A stretch of 64,000 bases of DNA from Thalia democratica (GCA_965202585.1 OZ241831.1:11346001-11410000), one strand, 5' to 3'; positions 26,290 to 40,079 are shown, counted from the stretch's first letter. Translations and numbers: made by a program. Notes: a model not told the origin generated them from the letters alone.

Positions 26290-26880
26290 TTGCATACTTG
26301 AAACTACGATTCAATTACAACAAGAAGTTACAATCAACAACCCTGATTAAATTCACTACATCAAATAATATTGAATTCTTCGAAATCGAATGGCAAGTAT
26401 TATATAGAATTAACTGCTCAGTACTCAGAAAAAAAGTTAATTGTTCTACTTGCAATCTAGAAAGAATGGTCATTGCTGATGCGGATAGAGATAAACCATT
26501 CAATGTAAGAAAAGAACTAACTTCGATATGCCCCCACTTTAGATCTAGTTATTTTTAATTTTGATATTTATTTTGTTTATTGTCGTAATTTTTGTTAATT
26601 ATACCATCTTAAGTTTTATCTATTTATTTATATACATTTGTTTATAAGAGTTATTTTATTTGAAGAGTGTTTTTGCTTAGTTTCTTTTTAAAATTAATTA
26701 ATTAACTTTCCTTGTATTTTCTTAAGCACGTAATTACTAATTGATTGATAATTAATTACTTTCTCATTACCTAATCTCATTATATACATTTGTTTGCTTT
26801 ATATTATTTTATTGTCACCTAAAAAGCCCTGAAGATTTTTCTAGGTGAAACGGCGTAAGCTGGAGTTGACAATTGTTTGA
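26290..26880 (+). mobile_element. Second, diverged Penelope-like 3' remnant
   Basis: ORF 26298-26558 contains IEWQVL...CSTCNLERMVIADA...FNVRKELTSICPH, collinear with the C-terminus of the 24590-25690 element; T-rich tail and hammerhead-like motif. Confidence 0.75.
26824..26862 (+). ncRNA. Degenerate hammerhead ribozyme motif
   Basis: AGCC-CTGAAGA-TTTTTCTAGGT-GAAAC-GGC-GTA-AGCT; shares GAAACGGCGTA with the 25621 motif; stems partly broken. Confidence 0.55.
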
Positions 26881-27511
26881 AAAGTTAGTGGGTTAACTAT
26901 TTTAGAAATATTGTATTATAAAAACTTTTATAAAGCGAAATTGCAATCAAGTAATTATTAAAAGCCTACTAAAAGTAGAATTTAAATGGAGCTTTAAAAC
27001 TTTTTTTAGCAATTTAACTCTTTTTTTGGTTTGCCAAGATGTTTTTTAGCTAGAAATACGTTGCAGGCCACATAATTTTGTTTTCGGGTCGTACGTTGTC
27101 TACCCTCACTCCAGCTAATTTATACAAATTTTCACATTTGTTAAACACCACTAACAACATAGAAAAAATAGAAATGGAACAGTGAGTACTGACGCCCAAG
27201 CGCCCACACAAACTTAATCTTTTGTTTTGATTTCGGTATTGTTGTTATAAAAAACAAGAGGTGTAGAGGAAAGGAAGTCGACTAACGGAAATTTTGAAAG
27301 TGATTAAAACGTTTTGAAATCAATAAGTCAGGACTTAGATAAGCGTGATTATATTACACATAAGTATATATACTTTTTTATTAACAGCTAATGCTAACAG
27401 TTTTCTCGTTGTATTAAAATAAACTAAAAATTAAATATTATGCATTTTCTCATTTCTTAGTTTGCTAGTGACGTTAAACATAAAAAGCTCAAAAAAAAGT
27501 GTCAGAAATGC

Positions 27512-27695
27512 ACGATGGTCACTTTTGCACGGATTGACAATTTTGCACAGGTTTAGTTTTTTTTCCTAAATTTTTTATTTCCTTTTATTTAATTATTTTT
27601 TTTTTCTTTTCTTTTTGTTTTTACTAACACTATCACCCCTAACACTTAACTTTGGATTTTAAGCGGTTCCTTCAGCCGTGCAAAATCGACTTCGT
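27512..27695. mobile_element. Small TIR element (MITE)
   Basis: Imperfect inverted ends ACGATGGTCACTTTTGCACGG / CCGTGCAAAATCGACTTCGT. Confidence 0.5.
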
Positions 27696-28029
27696 TTAAA
27701 ACTGACCTGTTTCACAAACAAAATCTTTATGAAGTTTAGTTATTAAACATCATTATAAAATTTGACATTATTTCGAACATTTAGATTAAGAAGTATTACT
27801 TATGTGACTTATTATACTTCATAACTTTTCAACTCAAATTCAGTTGTTCGGTTTTTAAACCATAGCGAACTAAAATTTTTGCACACAACTTGGGGTTTGC
27901 TTAAGATTTGACATCAGTGTTTGCAAAATAAATCACTAAAATCTAAGTTGTGTTGTTCTTAAATTTAAAACAAATTATAATTGCGGTATTTTCAAGCAAG
28001 AAAAGCTATACAAGTTCTCTGTAAAACTA

Positions 28030-29290
28030 AGTTGTTTTTAGACCACTTATCTTTATCACCATCATAAATAGCCACTGTTTCTGAATTGTTACCAAAAATG
28101 AAATGTTGCTTCCTATTGTAGTAGCTGATTTTAGTGAATCAAACTTTAAAGAATTTGTCGGCTTTTTTAGTAACAAAAATTTGTTAGAGCAAACATCATT
28201 TACTTCACATATACTTATAGTCCCGCTCACTACATACATCGGATTAGATCCGTGGTCGAATGCTTCAACAGAGCTTCAATCATTGTAACCATTAACACCG
28301 CCTGAAACATAAACTCTACTTTGAACAGTGTGCACGCTAAATATAACCTCGGTGTTTTCATTTTCCCAATTTCGTAACTGTTCATCGGTGTGTATTTTTT
28401 TGTATCTAAAGTTAAGCAATCGGAAACTATGTCATCAATATCTATGTTCCAACTTCCAATATACATATGTTACCCATAAAAACAAATACTGCATCATATA
28501 CATATGGATTGTCAATACTAGCTACAAGACTGCAAGCGTTTTTAAATGAAGAGTATTTTTCTATTTACAACAGGTCGCTATATTTTTTATAACCAACAAC
28601 CATTAACATAAGCAGCGTCATAGATGTATTAAATGTTAGGGTAGAATTTAGCAACTTTTTTAACATTTTTGAAATCTGTACATTTTACCTCGCTTAAAAA
28701 AACTACAAGCTTTTCTATTTCGAGTACCACCAGCATTTAGAAAATTGAAACTTCATTGACTGTTGTACCTGCGACAGCTATATTTTCACAATAAAGGTTG
28801 TACTTATTGAATAAAGTTGATCTGATAGCTGAAATGGATTCTACAGTTTCGCCAAGTGAGGGTGTAAAGAGGATCTGTTATTTTTTTGATAGACATGTAG
28901 AAACTTTCGGACAACAAAAGCATGCGGACTTTTAATAAAACAACTTCATCAAATTTACATCTTTCATTGTGATTATAACCAACCCAGGCACCTGCAGTGA
29001 ACTTCAAGTTCAGAACTAGCCAGAATATTTGTTAAAGAATAAGGTTCTAAATAAAAAGAAGTTCTTAGTTGTGCAAACTTGTGTGAACCAACGTTCTGTG
29101 TAGTTTGATATTAACTTTACAAGTTTTGATTGCTTAAAAACACCGAAATGTTGATAATACGTGGCTGTATGTGGCACATTTTGCTTTCCAGATACTGGCT
29201 AAATTGTCTTATAAAGCTTCATAAAGTAATAAAATTTCTCTCAAGTAATTTCTTTTTACCTGAAAAAGTTTACCTTTTAATAGCTAAATG
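28030..29290 (-). pseudogene. Intronless BACK-Kelch (KLHL-type) pseudogene
   Basis: Fragments across shifting frames: SQYLESKM, FYLEPYSLTNILASSELEV, AWVGYNHNERCKF..VLLKVRMLLLSES (BACK); VFVFMGNI, IGKMKTPRLYLACTLF, RVYVSGGVNGYND*SSVEAFD (Kelch); several stops and frameshifts. May extend to ~29690. Confidence 0.75.
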
Positions 29291-32200
29291 GTAAAATAAC
29301 TATAATAGTGTAGCCATGAGCAAAATTTTTAGAAAAATTATCAGTATGTTCCGTAGCAGAAACAATTAAACTATTTTTTTACTGAAACTAAATCGTAAGT
29401 GTTTTATTATTCTTCTTTTTCAATGAAAATTAATTTAAGAAAAAACAAGCTTTTTTTTTAAAGTTTGTAATAAAATTTAAAAACGAATTATTTTATTGCT
29501 TCTAAAATCAACTGCTTGCTTGTCAGATGGTTCAAAACACTTCTGAAAAAATAATTTTGAACTGTTGTTTTTGCACACATCTACGCATTGTAAACTACGA
29601 TGGTTTTCTTCTAAGCACTTTCTTTTGATAAAGGCTTCGCCGATTTAATTATTTTCTGAATTTGTACCGTTCTGATGCTTGATTGTAGCCATTATTTTGT
29701 ACTATTCTAAGTATTCAGAATAATTAATGCATGTAATTTTTAAACATAAATTGTTTTGTTATGGTATGTTTGTAATAAAAAGCACTTAACTAGTTTTATA
29801 GTATTATGTGCAGAATCAAAAACTTGATTTGTTTTGGGTAACAGCTTTCAGCATTTTAGAAAATAAATATCATGCTAAACGTAGTGCGGGAGTCGGGTTT
29901 TATATATCTCAACATTTAATTGGTATTTTTCCAAAGTTTATAAACAAATACAGCACATAAGTTTATTTTACAAAACTAAATAAAAACATACAAGATTAGA
30001 TATACTCTTTTTTAACCTCAAAAAAAGTATACTTGATTTTTTTTCCACATTAATTTCACTTATTTTAATAATTTTGAATAGTAAAGTGGTTTAATATACA
30101 AAATATATAAATACTAACTATTTGTATGTAGTGTTGGTTACTGAAAGTTTTCACGTACTTGAAAATCACGTATTTTAAAGTTTTCTCATTAGAACTTGCT
30201 AAAAAGGTTTTATTAAGACATGAAAAATGCGTGAAAAATACTTTTAAATATAAAACCTGCAACTTTTATTGTAACATATTTTTAATATCTCCCAAAAATA
30301 TATAACTTAATTTTATTTTTATGTAGCTATAAGTACATTGATTTATGAAATACTACAAGTATAGTTTAGAAAAAAAAGAGTTTTGATGTGTGTGTGTTTA
30401 GAATGAAAAAGTAGGCATTATAAAATTCGAGAAAGAACATAAACTAATGTTTAATTACTAAGGTAGGTTGTGTAGTTTTTGAATAAGAGCTAGTTCAGAT
30501 TTAAAAAAATATATTGTAAAAAACTAAAACGTACCGAGAATACTGTTACATTAGAAATAAAAAATAAGTACATATAGTGAGAAAAAATTAAATACTTTTA
30601 TACATTCACATAAACTTTTAAAAATCATAAAAGTAATAATATAAAATTAACTTTATTTGGCTGATCTTAAAGGAGTAGTCTTGAATTACTAATACTTAGT
30701 TGTACTATACTTAAAGTTAAATAAATAAACAACTGTTGTTAACAATGAATCAAACATGTTAAGATTCTTTGGTAAAAACTAGTTTATACAACAGATGACC
30801 TTATTTTATCAAAACTTTTCAAACTCACTTATTAGATTTTGGTGACATTTTTAGTGGTTAGTAAAATTTTGTTTTAAAAGATTCTTTTTAAGCGATTGTT
30901 TAAGTGAAAATACCTCATTGTAAAATGTAGCAGAAGCCTGAAATTGTAATAAAAACCATTTAATGTCTATGTTAACACTTGCAGCACAGTTGTCAGATAT
31001 GTTGGAGAAAATCACCACACAATAACCAGAGCATGATACTTAAGTTAAAACAAACAAAAGTTTATTCAATTTTCAGAACTTTTTATTATTGGAATAAAAG
31101 AAACTTTAATAAAAATTTAAACTCTGTAGAAGAGTTTCCAGAACTTATTTTCAAAAACTCCCTTGTTAAATAAGTTAAAAAACAATCGTCCCCTATTTAT
31201 TAGATATCGCCTCTTAACTAGTTAATTACCCTTAATTAACATTCTCCCGCCATGCTGACTAACGCCCTCAAATGTCCAAACCCCCACTTTACAATCTGCA
31301 CTATAGGTGGGCAACGTACGGCCAACAAAGTGAAAATTACCAGCCCGCCAATGTTTACAAAATTTAAGTGACATCTGGCCTGCTAAACAAAATTTCGAAA
31401 CTTCCACTAGGACTAAATCAAAGATCCGTAAACTGCGCCAATAGAAGGTATAACTTGCTATACGCAGAAGAAAATTTATGAAACTTACACTAGGTATTCC
31501 TTGTTTTGAAGTTTGAAATGAAAAACAAAAACAAAGTTTTAGATAAAACTTAAGGGAAATTAGAAACTTAAACTAGATATTTTAAGGTTTGAAGTGAATA
31601 GCAAAAAAAATCAAAATGAAACAAATAATTGAGTAATTTTCGTGAATTAAATGAAATATTAAAATGATTCGGCCCAAGGACTAAATTTTTCCACATATTT
31701 CCCGCAAACTGAAGACGTTTCCCGACCCTACTCTAGAGTATTTGGATATATTTAATTCTGTGTAATATGTATAAAGTTAATAAATCAGTTGCCATTAAGT
31801 AAACTAAAATTTACTTAATTTTGTTTTATTCCGAAAATTTTACAACTGATTATGACGTAGTTTTATAACAGACTTGAAATATTAACAAAAACAAACTTCA
31901 TTTTTATTATCTGTTTGATAGCTTTTTGTGCGTTTGTCTACTGGAAAAATTGTAAGTTAGTTTATTATTTTACATTCATACTATGTAAAAGTCATTTATT
32001 TGTTTTTAATAATTTATTAAAATAATACTTTTTGTATTTTATAAACATTTTAAAGTTATATCAAAATGTTTCGTCACATAGATAGTGTAACAGCATTTTA
32101 TGTTTTTGTATCGCCGTATACTTTACTTGAAACTTTTTTGAAACTTTGAAACAGGTTAGTTAAAACTTTTTTGCAAAACTTAAAGATGAAAAATCTTCAA

Positions 32201-32433
32201 AAAAAAAACCGTGTCAACTTTCGCTACAATTGAATTTTATGCTATTTTTAATTCAAATCCGCTTTAAAGACTACGGTACGGAGGGTCGCTTGATCATAAA
32301 GCACAAACTTATTAAAAAAAATGATCGTTTATTAATAACTTAAACAAAAAAGCTGTAAAAACATAACACAAAAAATATTTTATACCTGTGTAAGAATATT
32401 TTCAAAGTCTTAGATATTTTATTTAAGAACAGT

Positions 32434-32520
32434 TGTCCTGGACGCGACATTAAACTGTATTCTGGTGTATGACTCGATAACCGATAGTTTTTTTCGTACA
32501 CCAGGTCTTTGGACCAAAAT
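32434..32520 (-). repeat. Short dispersed repeat, inverted homolog of 43498-43585
   Basis: TTTGGTCC.AAGACCTGGTG.AC.AAAAAA.CT.TCGGTTATC.AGTC..ACACC ... CCAGGACA shared between the two sites. Confidence 0.7.
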
Positions 32521-33310
32521 TTCAAACGCTTTTTTTGTTCAATAAACAGTATTTATATTCCAAGCATTATATACTAATATTTAAATACTTAAGGAACAAA
32601 TTTTAAGCAAAAAGTTAAGCAACATGAACTTTGTCAACCTAATTAAATAAATAGTTTTATGTTGAAATAACTTCGTTTTGTTGGAATTAACAACTTATTG
32701 AACAACTAAATTAAAGTTAAATAAAACATTGTTTATGTTCATGTAGTAAATATATAACAATAGTCTTTAATGCTTAATATTATAGTTTATAAAAGTTATA
32801 AAAGAAATTGAAAATAATCTTTTTTTTTGAGTAAGTCTACAGTTTTTAACTATTTCTTAACTTTTCTAATTAATAAGTATGTAAATATTTTTTTTACCAC
32901 ATAAAAAGTATTTTAGTATCGGTATAAAAAATAATGGTGTTTGAAAATATTTTGAAGAAAAATTTTATACGGTGCCTAAAAAACATGTAATGTAAGAATA
33001 AATGATATTTATCATTTTGAATACAAAATTTAGCCTCAGTAACACTAATTAAAGAAAAAAAACAGTAAAAGTATGACTTTACAGCATATGCTTTGTGAAC
33101 TAAATTTTATGCCTGTATAAATATAATAAAACCATTTTATTGTAATTTTTACTCATCATAGTTTTCAAACATTTAGGACCATTTTAAACTAACTTTTACT
33201 GTTTTTTTAACGCTCATACTTGCAGAAAGTTATGTAGTTAGTTTTGATTCCAGATATGTTTGAAAAATTGTAGTTATCGAACGTAAATAAATCCATGATA
33301 CAACAACTTC

Positions 33311-33325
33311 GTTGCTATTGACAAC
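33311..33325. promoter_or_regulatory. Candidate RFX X-box
   Basis: GTTGCTATTGACAAC resembles the X-box GTTGCY-n-RGYAAC; ~340 bp upstream of the D/D-domain gene ATG. Confidence 0.45.
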
Positions 33326-33649
33326 TTATTGCAAACATTAGGGCGAAAGTGGTTTTTATAAGTAAACTTTCAGCTCAATATGTTTTCGCCTAAATAATGA
33401 ATAGTAAGCTAATTTTAATGTTTTATTATAAGTGAAAGAATTTAAAAATGTTAAAGCTAAGAAACTTAAACTAGCTTTGACAAATAAAAGTTCATATTTT
33501 TTTTTTACAAATTAAACACAATTTGAAAATGTAGAGCTTTATTTTCAAAATTTAAAACTTTGTAATGGCCAGAATTTTCATAAATTTCTTGCAGTTTTTT
33601 CAAAGCTTCAAAACATTTTTTACACAGTTTTATTTTTATTGTTAGAAAA

Positions 33650-36600
33650 ATGGACAAAACATCCAAGCCAGATAAGTTTGTGCCGAGGTATGATGACCCC
33701 CACGAAGCAGCAATTATTTACACGGAAAAGCACTCATTAGTTCACTTGTTTCAGGTTAGAATTTTATTTTTGAAATTTCAAACATTTTTCAGCACACTCG
33801 TTTCAAGTTAAAGTTTTTAAAAGATAAATAATCTTTACGTTAATTTGTTCATGAACTCCAGCTTGGTTGTACAGTAAATAGTTATTGTATGAAAAGAAAA
33901 ATTGTTGTTAATTTATATGATTCAAGTTTTAACACAATAGTTTTATGGTACCATTTTGATCATTATGTTTAAATGCTCGTCTCACGGCATATGTAAGTGC
34001 AGGGCCAGGCTTTGCCTTTGTTAGAATTTTGCTGAAGTTTTCTTTGATTTGTATGATTCAGGTTTAAATATCTTTTTAAAACAAAAACATTAAAAAAATC
34101 ACCCATCCATTGATTTTAGTTTTAATTAAGGTTTTTCTTTATTTTGTAGAACAAATTTAATTTTAATTTGTGTGAACAAAATAATTATCAATTGTTTCAT
34201 GCATTCTTGTAAAATTTTAAATATTATAACTGTATTAAATCAATTAGCTAAACAAATTTATGTTATTTTGTTGTGTGTTTACATGAGACATAGAGTATAT
34301 TTAAGAATAATACAGACTTATAAAACTTATTCTTAAAAAATTATTGCTTATTAAAAAGTTACCCTTGATAACTATAAATAGTTATACATTGTTTTGATAA
34401 TTGAATAGATATTTATCTTTTTTTTTTCAATTTGATTTATTGTTTTTTTTTTTTTTAATTTTCTATTTTTCTTTTTGTCTTTAAGTACCTTGAAGATAAA
34501 TAAATATCTAATTTAAAATTTAAATATTGCAGAACTTTTTTTTTTAAATACCAACTTCAATTTTTTTTGCCATGGAATTTAAAGTATATTTATATGTTAA
34601 GTATTAAAGGCTCACATAATTCTCTTATGTAATCGATTCTCTATGAGTTTCATTTGGTTGAATGAGCCCAATAAATAAAAAAAGTTAGTTAAGTTGAACA
34701 TAATTTTTTTTCGTTTTTAATTGCTAGTTTTTATGGTAGTCTTTATTTCAATTTGTAAATAACAGGGTTACCAAAAAACTTGGAATCCTGAAAATACCTG
34801 GAATTTGAAAACTTTTTTAAAAGCCCTGAACTTTGAACGAAAATCACTAAATTACCTGGGATTTTAAACAACTTTTACATGTTAAGTAGCAGAATTAAGA
34901 ATTGAAAATTAAGAATATTAAGAATAACTTAACTTAAAATATTAAGAATTATTGACACAAAAAGTCTATCATATACATAAAACATTTTTGTAGTCATCAG
35001 AACTTTTTTTCTATTAAAAAATGTATTTAAAGAAGCTATAAGATATCTTTTCACTGTTTTTATACTATTTAACACAGTTTTTTACCTTAAACTTAATTTT
35101 AAACTAAAAAAAGACCCAAAAACGTGTAACTTTGAAAATCCTGAAAAGAATTTTGAAAACCTGGAGAAAATTTGCCAAAAATATTTGATAGCCCTGTAAT
35201 AAAACAATTTAGATAATTTAAGTTTCCTAAATTTCTTTTAGTACTTTTAATAAAAACGTTGCTTAAAAAGTTAAGTGTAATAATTATAAAAACCAAAGAT
35301 TCATAATAATAAAATAAGTTCAAAAGAAAACTAGTTGATAATACACAAACATTTAAGAACTTCTTATTTAGTTAATCTACAAATAAAACTATCAAAAATT
35401 TTATTCGTTTCTTTTGTTTGTTTATTTAGTTGATATTTTTTATAAACTTTGCTTTTTAACTAAGGTCTAGCATTTGTTTTGTTATTGATTGAGAAATGTT
35501 TGAGAATAGTTTTGTTGTAAAAAATGTTTTATTCAAAGAACTAATATTTATTTAAATTGAAAGACAAAAAAAAAATTCATTGTATAGTTAAAAACTTTTT
35601 TCATGTATTATATATTTTTTTAAGTTCAAAATATTGAAAATATTAATCAGTAATTTTTGAAAACAATTATTTGAACATACAAATTCGCGCCACAATTTTT
35701 GTAAGCTATTTAATTTTCAAAAGTAAGGTGTAATAGCCTTTCTTTTGTAAGTAATTTATTGGTTGTCAGTTATTAAAACTATGTTAAGTTTCTTGTACTC
35801 TAAAAGAAAAGTACCCAACAGCGTTTTCTGGGGCGTTTTAGACTCTTTTAAGAGATATCTTCAAATCATTAAATTAGAACACTTGGATAAGCAATATAAA
35901 AAGCCTATGTTAAATTTCTATCATTTTGGTTTTTTCATTTTTATCGAGGTTTTGGCTCAAACTTCATTTAGTTGGAAGCTAAAAGACTGGTTTTTAAAAT
36001 GAATTTCAACTTCTTCAAAAGCTGTAACCAAAATGATATTGACGTAAAGATCTGTGGTGAGTTTAAGCCCTATTGAATGAAAATCAGTGAAGACTTTCAA
36101 AATAACTACACTGCAGCCCACGCCATGAGTCAAAATGTTTTTTTTTTTTGAAGTTTCTTCTCGCGGACTTATCAAATAAGAATAAGGAAACAAAAAAAAT
36201 TTAATGGATTTTATTCATAAGTTTGAAAAAGTCTAAGAACTTTTGCTTCACCATGTAGTTAGTTTTTAAAGAAAATATCTTTATAACTTCTATTACCTTG
36301 CAAAAATCAATGTTTTTTGTATAATTTTTCAAAATTTATTTATCAGTTTCTAAGCGACCGTAATTAAAAAGTCAAAAGATCTTCGAAAAAGTTGAAAAAT
36401 CAAAAATTTGATTTAAGTTAATTTTTGTGTTGTGATAGCCATGTCGATTTGTGTGTAAAAGTTGTGTGCAACCAAGTTATCGAAACAACAAACGCAAAAA
36501 TGTCCAAATCCAATCTGACGAGCCGCGATTCCGCAACCTCGATCGCCACAAACGCAAGCAACCATGACGAAGACATGATGTCGTCGTTGAAGCGGAACGA

Positions 36601-38434
36601 TTTCATCAGCAGCATCCTGCAAACGCCCAACCTCCCTGCTTGCGACCCCCTTCAGCTCCTCGACGACTTCTCGCTGCCGTCGACCGAAGAAGAAGGGCTG
36701 CTGAGGCACCGCGAGAACCAGCTGCGCCGCCTGGCGGTGGAAAAATCCGTGAAATTTCAGCCGTGCTTCACCGAGTACCAAGTTCCCGACGACTTGCATT
36801 GCGCGTTGAGGTCCCCACTGCCCGTCACCGACCAGACCAACATTCTCCTTCCGCTGGCCAGCCACGTGATCAGCGGCGACGTCAAGAGCGGCTTCGTGAC
36901 GTCACGGCGGGGACTGGAGGAGGCGAGGAGGGAAATTTGCCGCGACGTTTCTCCGGAGTCGTCGGACGAGAGCTTGACTGAGCTCATTGACGAGGGCAAG
37001 CTGTCATGTTTGAAAATAAAAAATAAAAAGTTTTAAAAATTAAAAAAGAAAAAGTAGAGAATATTGTCAAACTAAACGAGATTTTGGAGTCCATATATTT
37101 CTAGAAGTGTTAGTGGTAAAAAAATAAAAATAAAAATACAGATTTAGTACTTTTGTTCGTGAAAATTTATCAGAAATGAGTGCCAAGGATGCAGCTCAAA
37201 AGGTAGCTGCAAAGCTGTAGCAATCTATTGTTTTTTATAAAAAACTCTTTTACTTGTTCGTTGTAGTTTGAAATAATTAATAGTTCATTACTCAATTTAA
37301 AATCTTAAGAAATTTTGAAATTTATTTAACCAGCTTAAGAGCACAAATATTTGTCAAAAAAGTTTGTATGTTTGAAAACTTTATTATTTTTTTAAACTCA
37401 AGTTGATTGATTTTACACCTAGTTTTTTTAAACTATTACTGTTTATTTTTCATTTCTCACGTAGTTTTATTTAGTTTTCATAGTTTTGTATATCATATTA
37501 TATACATTTTCTCTTTCTTTATAAACTGCCTAGTCGTCTTGTTATAGCTATATTTACAACGATGTAACACTAATGAGGCGAAAAGTACTTATGTTTGTTT
37601 GTTTTGAATAAAATGTGTGAAAACATTTTTGGTAAATGCAAATGTTCTCCTTAAAAACTTAACCTCTCAAGCAGAGTGGACCTTTTATAATGAAAAAGAA
37701 GGTAAAATGTAGAATATTTGGTCCATTAGTTATATAAAGTCATTTTTCATTTGTTGATTTTATGCGTCTTATTAAAAAAGTTGCATTTACTTTAAAATAA
37801 AGTATCCAAAACTTTAATCATTAAAGATATATCTTAGTTTCAATAAATAAAGTTAAAAAAAACAAACAGCTTCGAAAGTCTAAAAAATATTAACTTAATC
37901 AACTACTTATAAATTATTAATTTGTTACTAAGCTAAGATCCCTTTACTTCAATTAAATTTATACAACACCTATTGTTTTTATGTCTATTGAAATAGTCCC
38001 TACTTGGTACTTTCTGGGGTATTTTTGGCGAAATTTTTGTTTTACTCTACATGGTTTTACAAAAGAAAATTTTAGGTTAAATGTTATAAGTTATTATAAA
38101 TATTTTTAGATTAGGTTTATTATTTGTGTAAGTTTAATGAGTTATTCTAAATTGCAATGCAACAAGTTTCAGAAAACCTTTACCATTTGTATTTTTTATG
38201 ACGTAAAAAATAGTAATTTTTTTATTTTTATTTTAAGCTGCAACACAAACACCAGATGAGTGCTTATTCGGTTCTTAAGCTAACTTTGAATTTTACTAAA
38301 TACTAAAAAATGTATTTATTTTAATTTTTTAACAGAAACTAACAGAGAAGCTAGCTTTCAACAAACCGGAAGACCCTGTTGGTTTCATGATCGAAGAAAT
38401 ACAAAAGATGGTCAACCAAAGAGATAAGGTCTAG
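33650..38434 (+). CDS. Small TEX55-like RIIa-type dimerization/docking (D/D) domain protein, 67 aa
   Basis: Exon 33650-33754 (MDKTSKPDKFVPRYDDPHEAAIIYTEKHSLVHLFQ, CAG|gttaga) joined in phase 0 to 38336-38434 (KLTEKLAFNKPEDPVGFMIEEIQKMVNQRDKV*); the join rebuilds the DP.E.A..Y.EKH...LFQ.LT..L...KPEDP..FM pattern. An acceptor at 33645 implies an upstream exon. Confidence 0.75.
34763..35196. mobile_element. hAT-like MITE
   Basis: Ends CAGGGTTA / TAGCCCTG with subterminal CCTGGA/CCTGAA repeats; no clean TSD. Confidence 0.55.
36500..37220 (+). CDS. Uncharacterised protein encoded inside the intron of the D/D gene (alternative first exon or nested gene)
   Basis: GC3-rich ORF from AAAA-ATG at 36500; exon 36500-36995 with G|gcaag donor joins in phase 1 to 37174-37202 (EMSAKDAAQK); then either reads to TAG at 37220 or splices to 38336. 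Confidence 0.6.
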
Positions 38435-40079
38435 AAGAATGTGCTAAAGATAATTTTTTATACTAATTTCTCTGTGATCCAATACCTTGCTTTTGTAATC
38501 ATCAAATGTACTGTGCTTAGTGAATTTGAAATAAATCATACCTATAATATTTCTTAGTGTATAAAATTCATGAATGTGTTAGTTTAGTATAGTGTAAATT
38601 AGAATTTTGAACTTCTATAAAAATTATTTTGAATAATATAAAATTTGATTTATACAAGTATTATCGAAACATTAATAGTGAATTGGTTGGCAAACTTTAT
38701 AAAGTTTTGGTGATAAATAATAATAAAAGTTTTTTTTATAACTTAGCACACATTACAAGTGTATGTAAAAATTTATTATTTCTAAGATATTTTGTAGATT
38801 TTTTAGTACAATAAAGAAAAGTTTTAATTACTAATTTTATTAAGAACAATACAACAAAAAAATTTTTTTAATTAAGTTTTGATTTTTTACTTGGTCTACT
38901 GTCCTTAGTTTTTACTTATGGGACTTTATTTTAAGTGAAACAAATTTTTTTTTAAGACCCGCTGATTAGTATGAACTTTTTACTGAATAAAAAATAAGAC
39001 GGTTTCAAAAATTAAGTTGTTTTTTTTTTACTAAATACCATTTAAGTTAAGTATTTTTAAACGAAAAAACTAGCATAAATACTCTTTTAAAGCACAAAAC
39101 TTAGTTTGTTTAATATTATATATTAATATGATAAAAAAAGACTTTGGGGGTCGGCTAAACGCGGCTGTGATTATAGTTTGGCACTCCAGTCAGACATTTG
39201 TAGCCAACGATGCATTTGTTAGCGCATGTGGAAAACTAGTAAATTAATAATTTTTTGATACAATTGTTTAAATGTGCTCCTAATCTTACTGTAAGTAACC
39301 CCAGCAGGATTTTTCTAAAACATTTTTTTTTTAATTTTAAAATTAAGATGGCCTGTGAAAAAATTATTCTAGTTATTCTGACTGCCGGTCGCTTGTAGAA
39401 TTCTATGACTAATACTAACAATTTTCATTTATTTTAATATCTTTAATTTATTGTGTAACTTTTAGTATGTAGTGAATTTTCAAGTAGTTTAAAACTATAC
39501 TATACAAACTGTTTAAATTTAAAAAGATATCCAGATTGTAGAAAAAATTTAATTTTCATTTAACTTTTTAAATTATAATTTTTCTTACAAAAGAACGAGC
39601 TTTGTTTAACCACTTTCTTCAACTAAAATTAATTTTTAAACGTTTATTGTAGAAACTTTTACTAGCTTTAAGGGTTTTATGTAGTTCTAAAGAGTCTTTA
39701 CAGTAAAACAACTAAGCGTACAACTATTTCTTATTTAAAAACATAGTTCTTAGCAAAAACTCACGGATGGCTCAAAAATTTGTTAGTATTCATTTAATTA
39801 TACTTAGTATCTTAAAAACATAACAAAATAAAATCTATACATGTTTAATAACAATAAAAAGTTTTCAACATTAGAATTCTTTGAATAAAAAAAACTTTAG
39901 TTCAACACAAATTTGTACATACATAATTTATTTTTGTATAACAAAGCTTTATTGTTTTATAAATTTAGTAAAAATATTTTAGTATAAGTAGTTTGTTAGA
40001 ACTACTAATTTAATGTTAAAGAAATTTATTTGAAGAAACATTATTTTTTTGTAGTTTTGAAGTTAAGTTACTTAACACT

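Noticed and set aside
31222-31407. GC-richer patch with a 61-aa minus ORF
   Set aside because: No recognisable motif or matching splice partners; may be regulatory or TE-derived.
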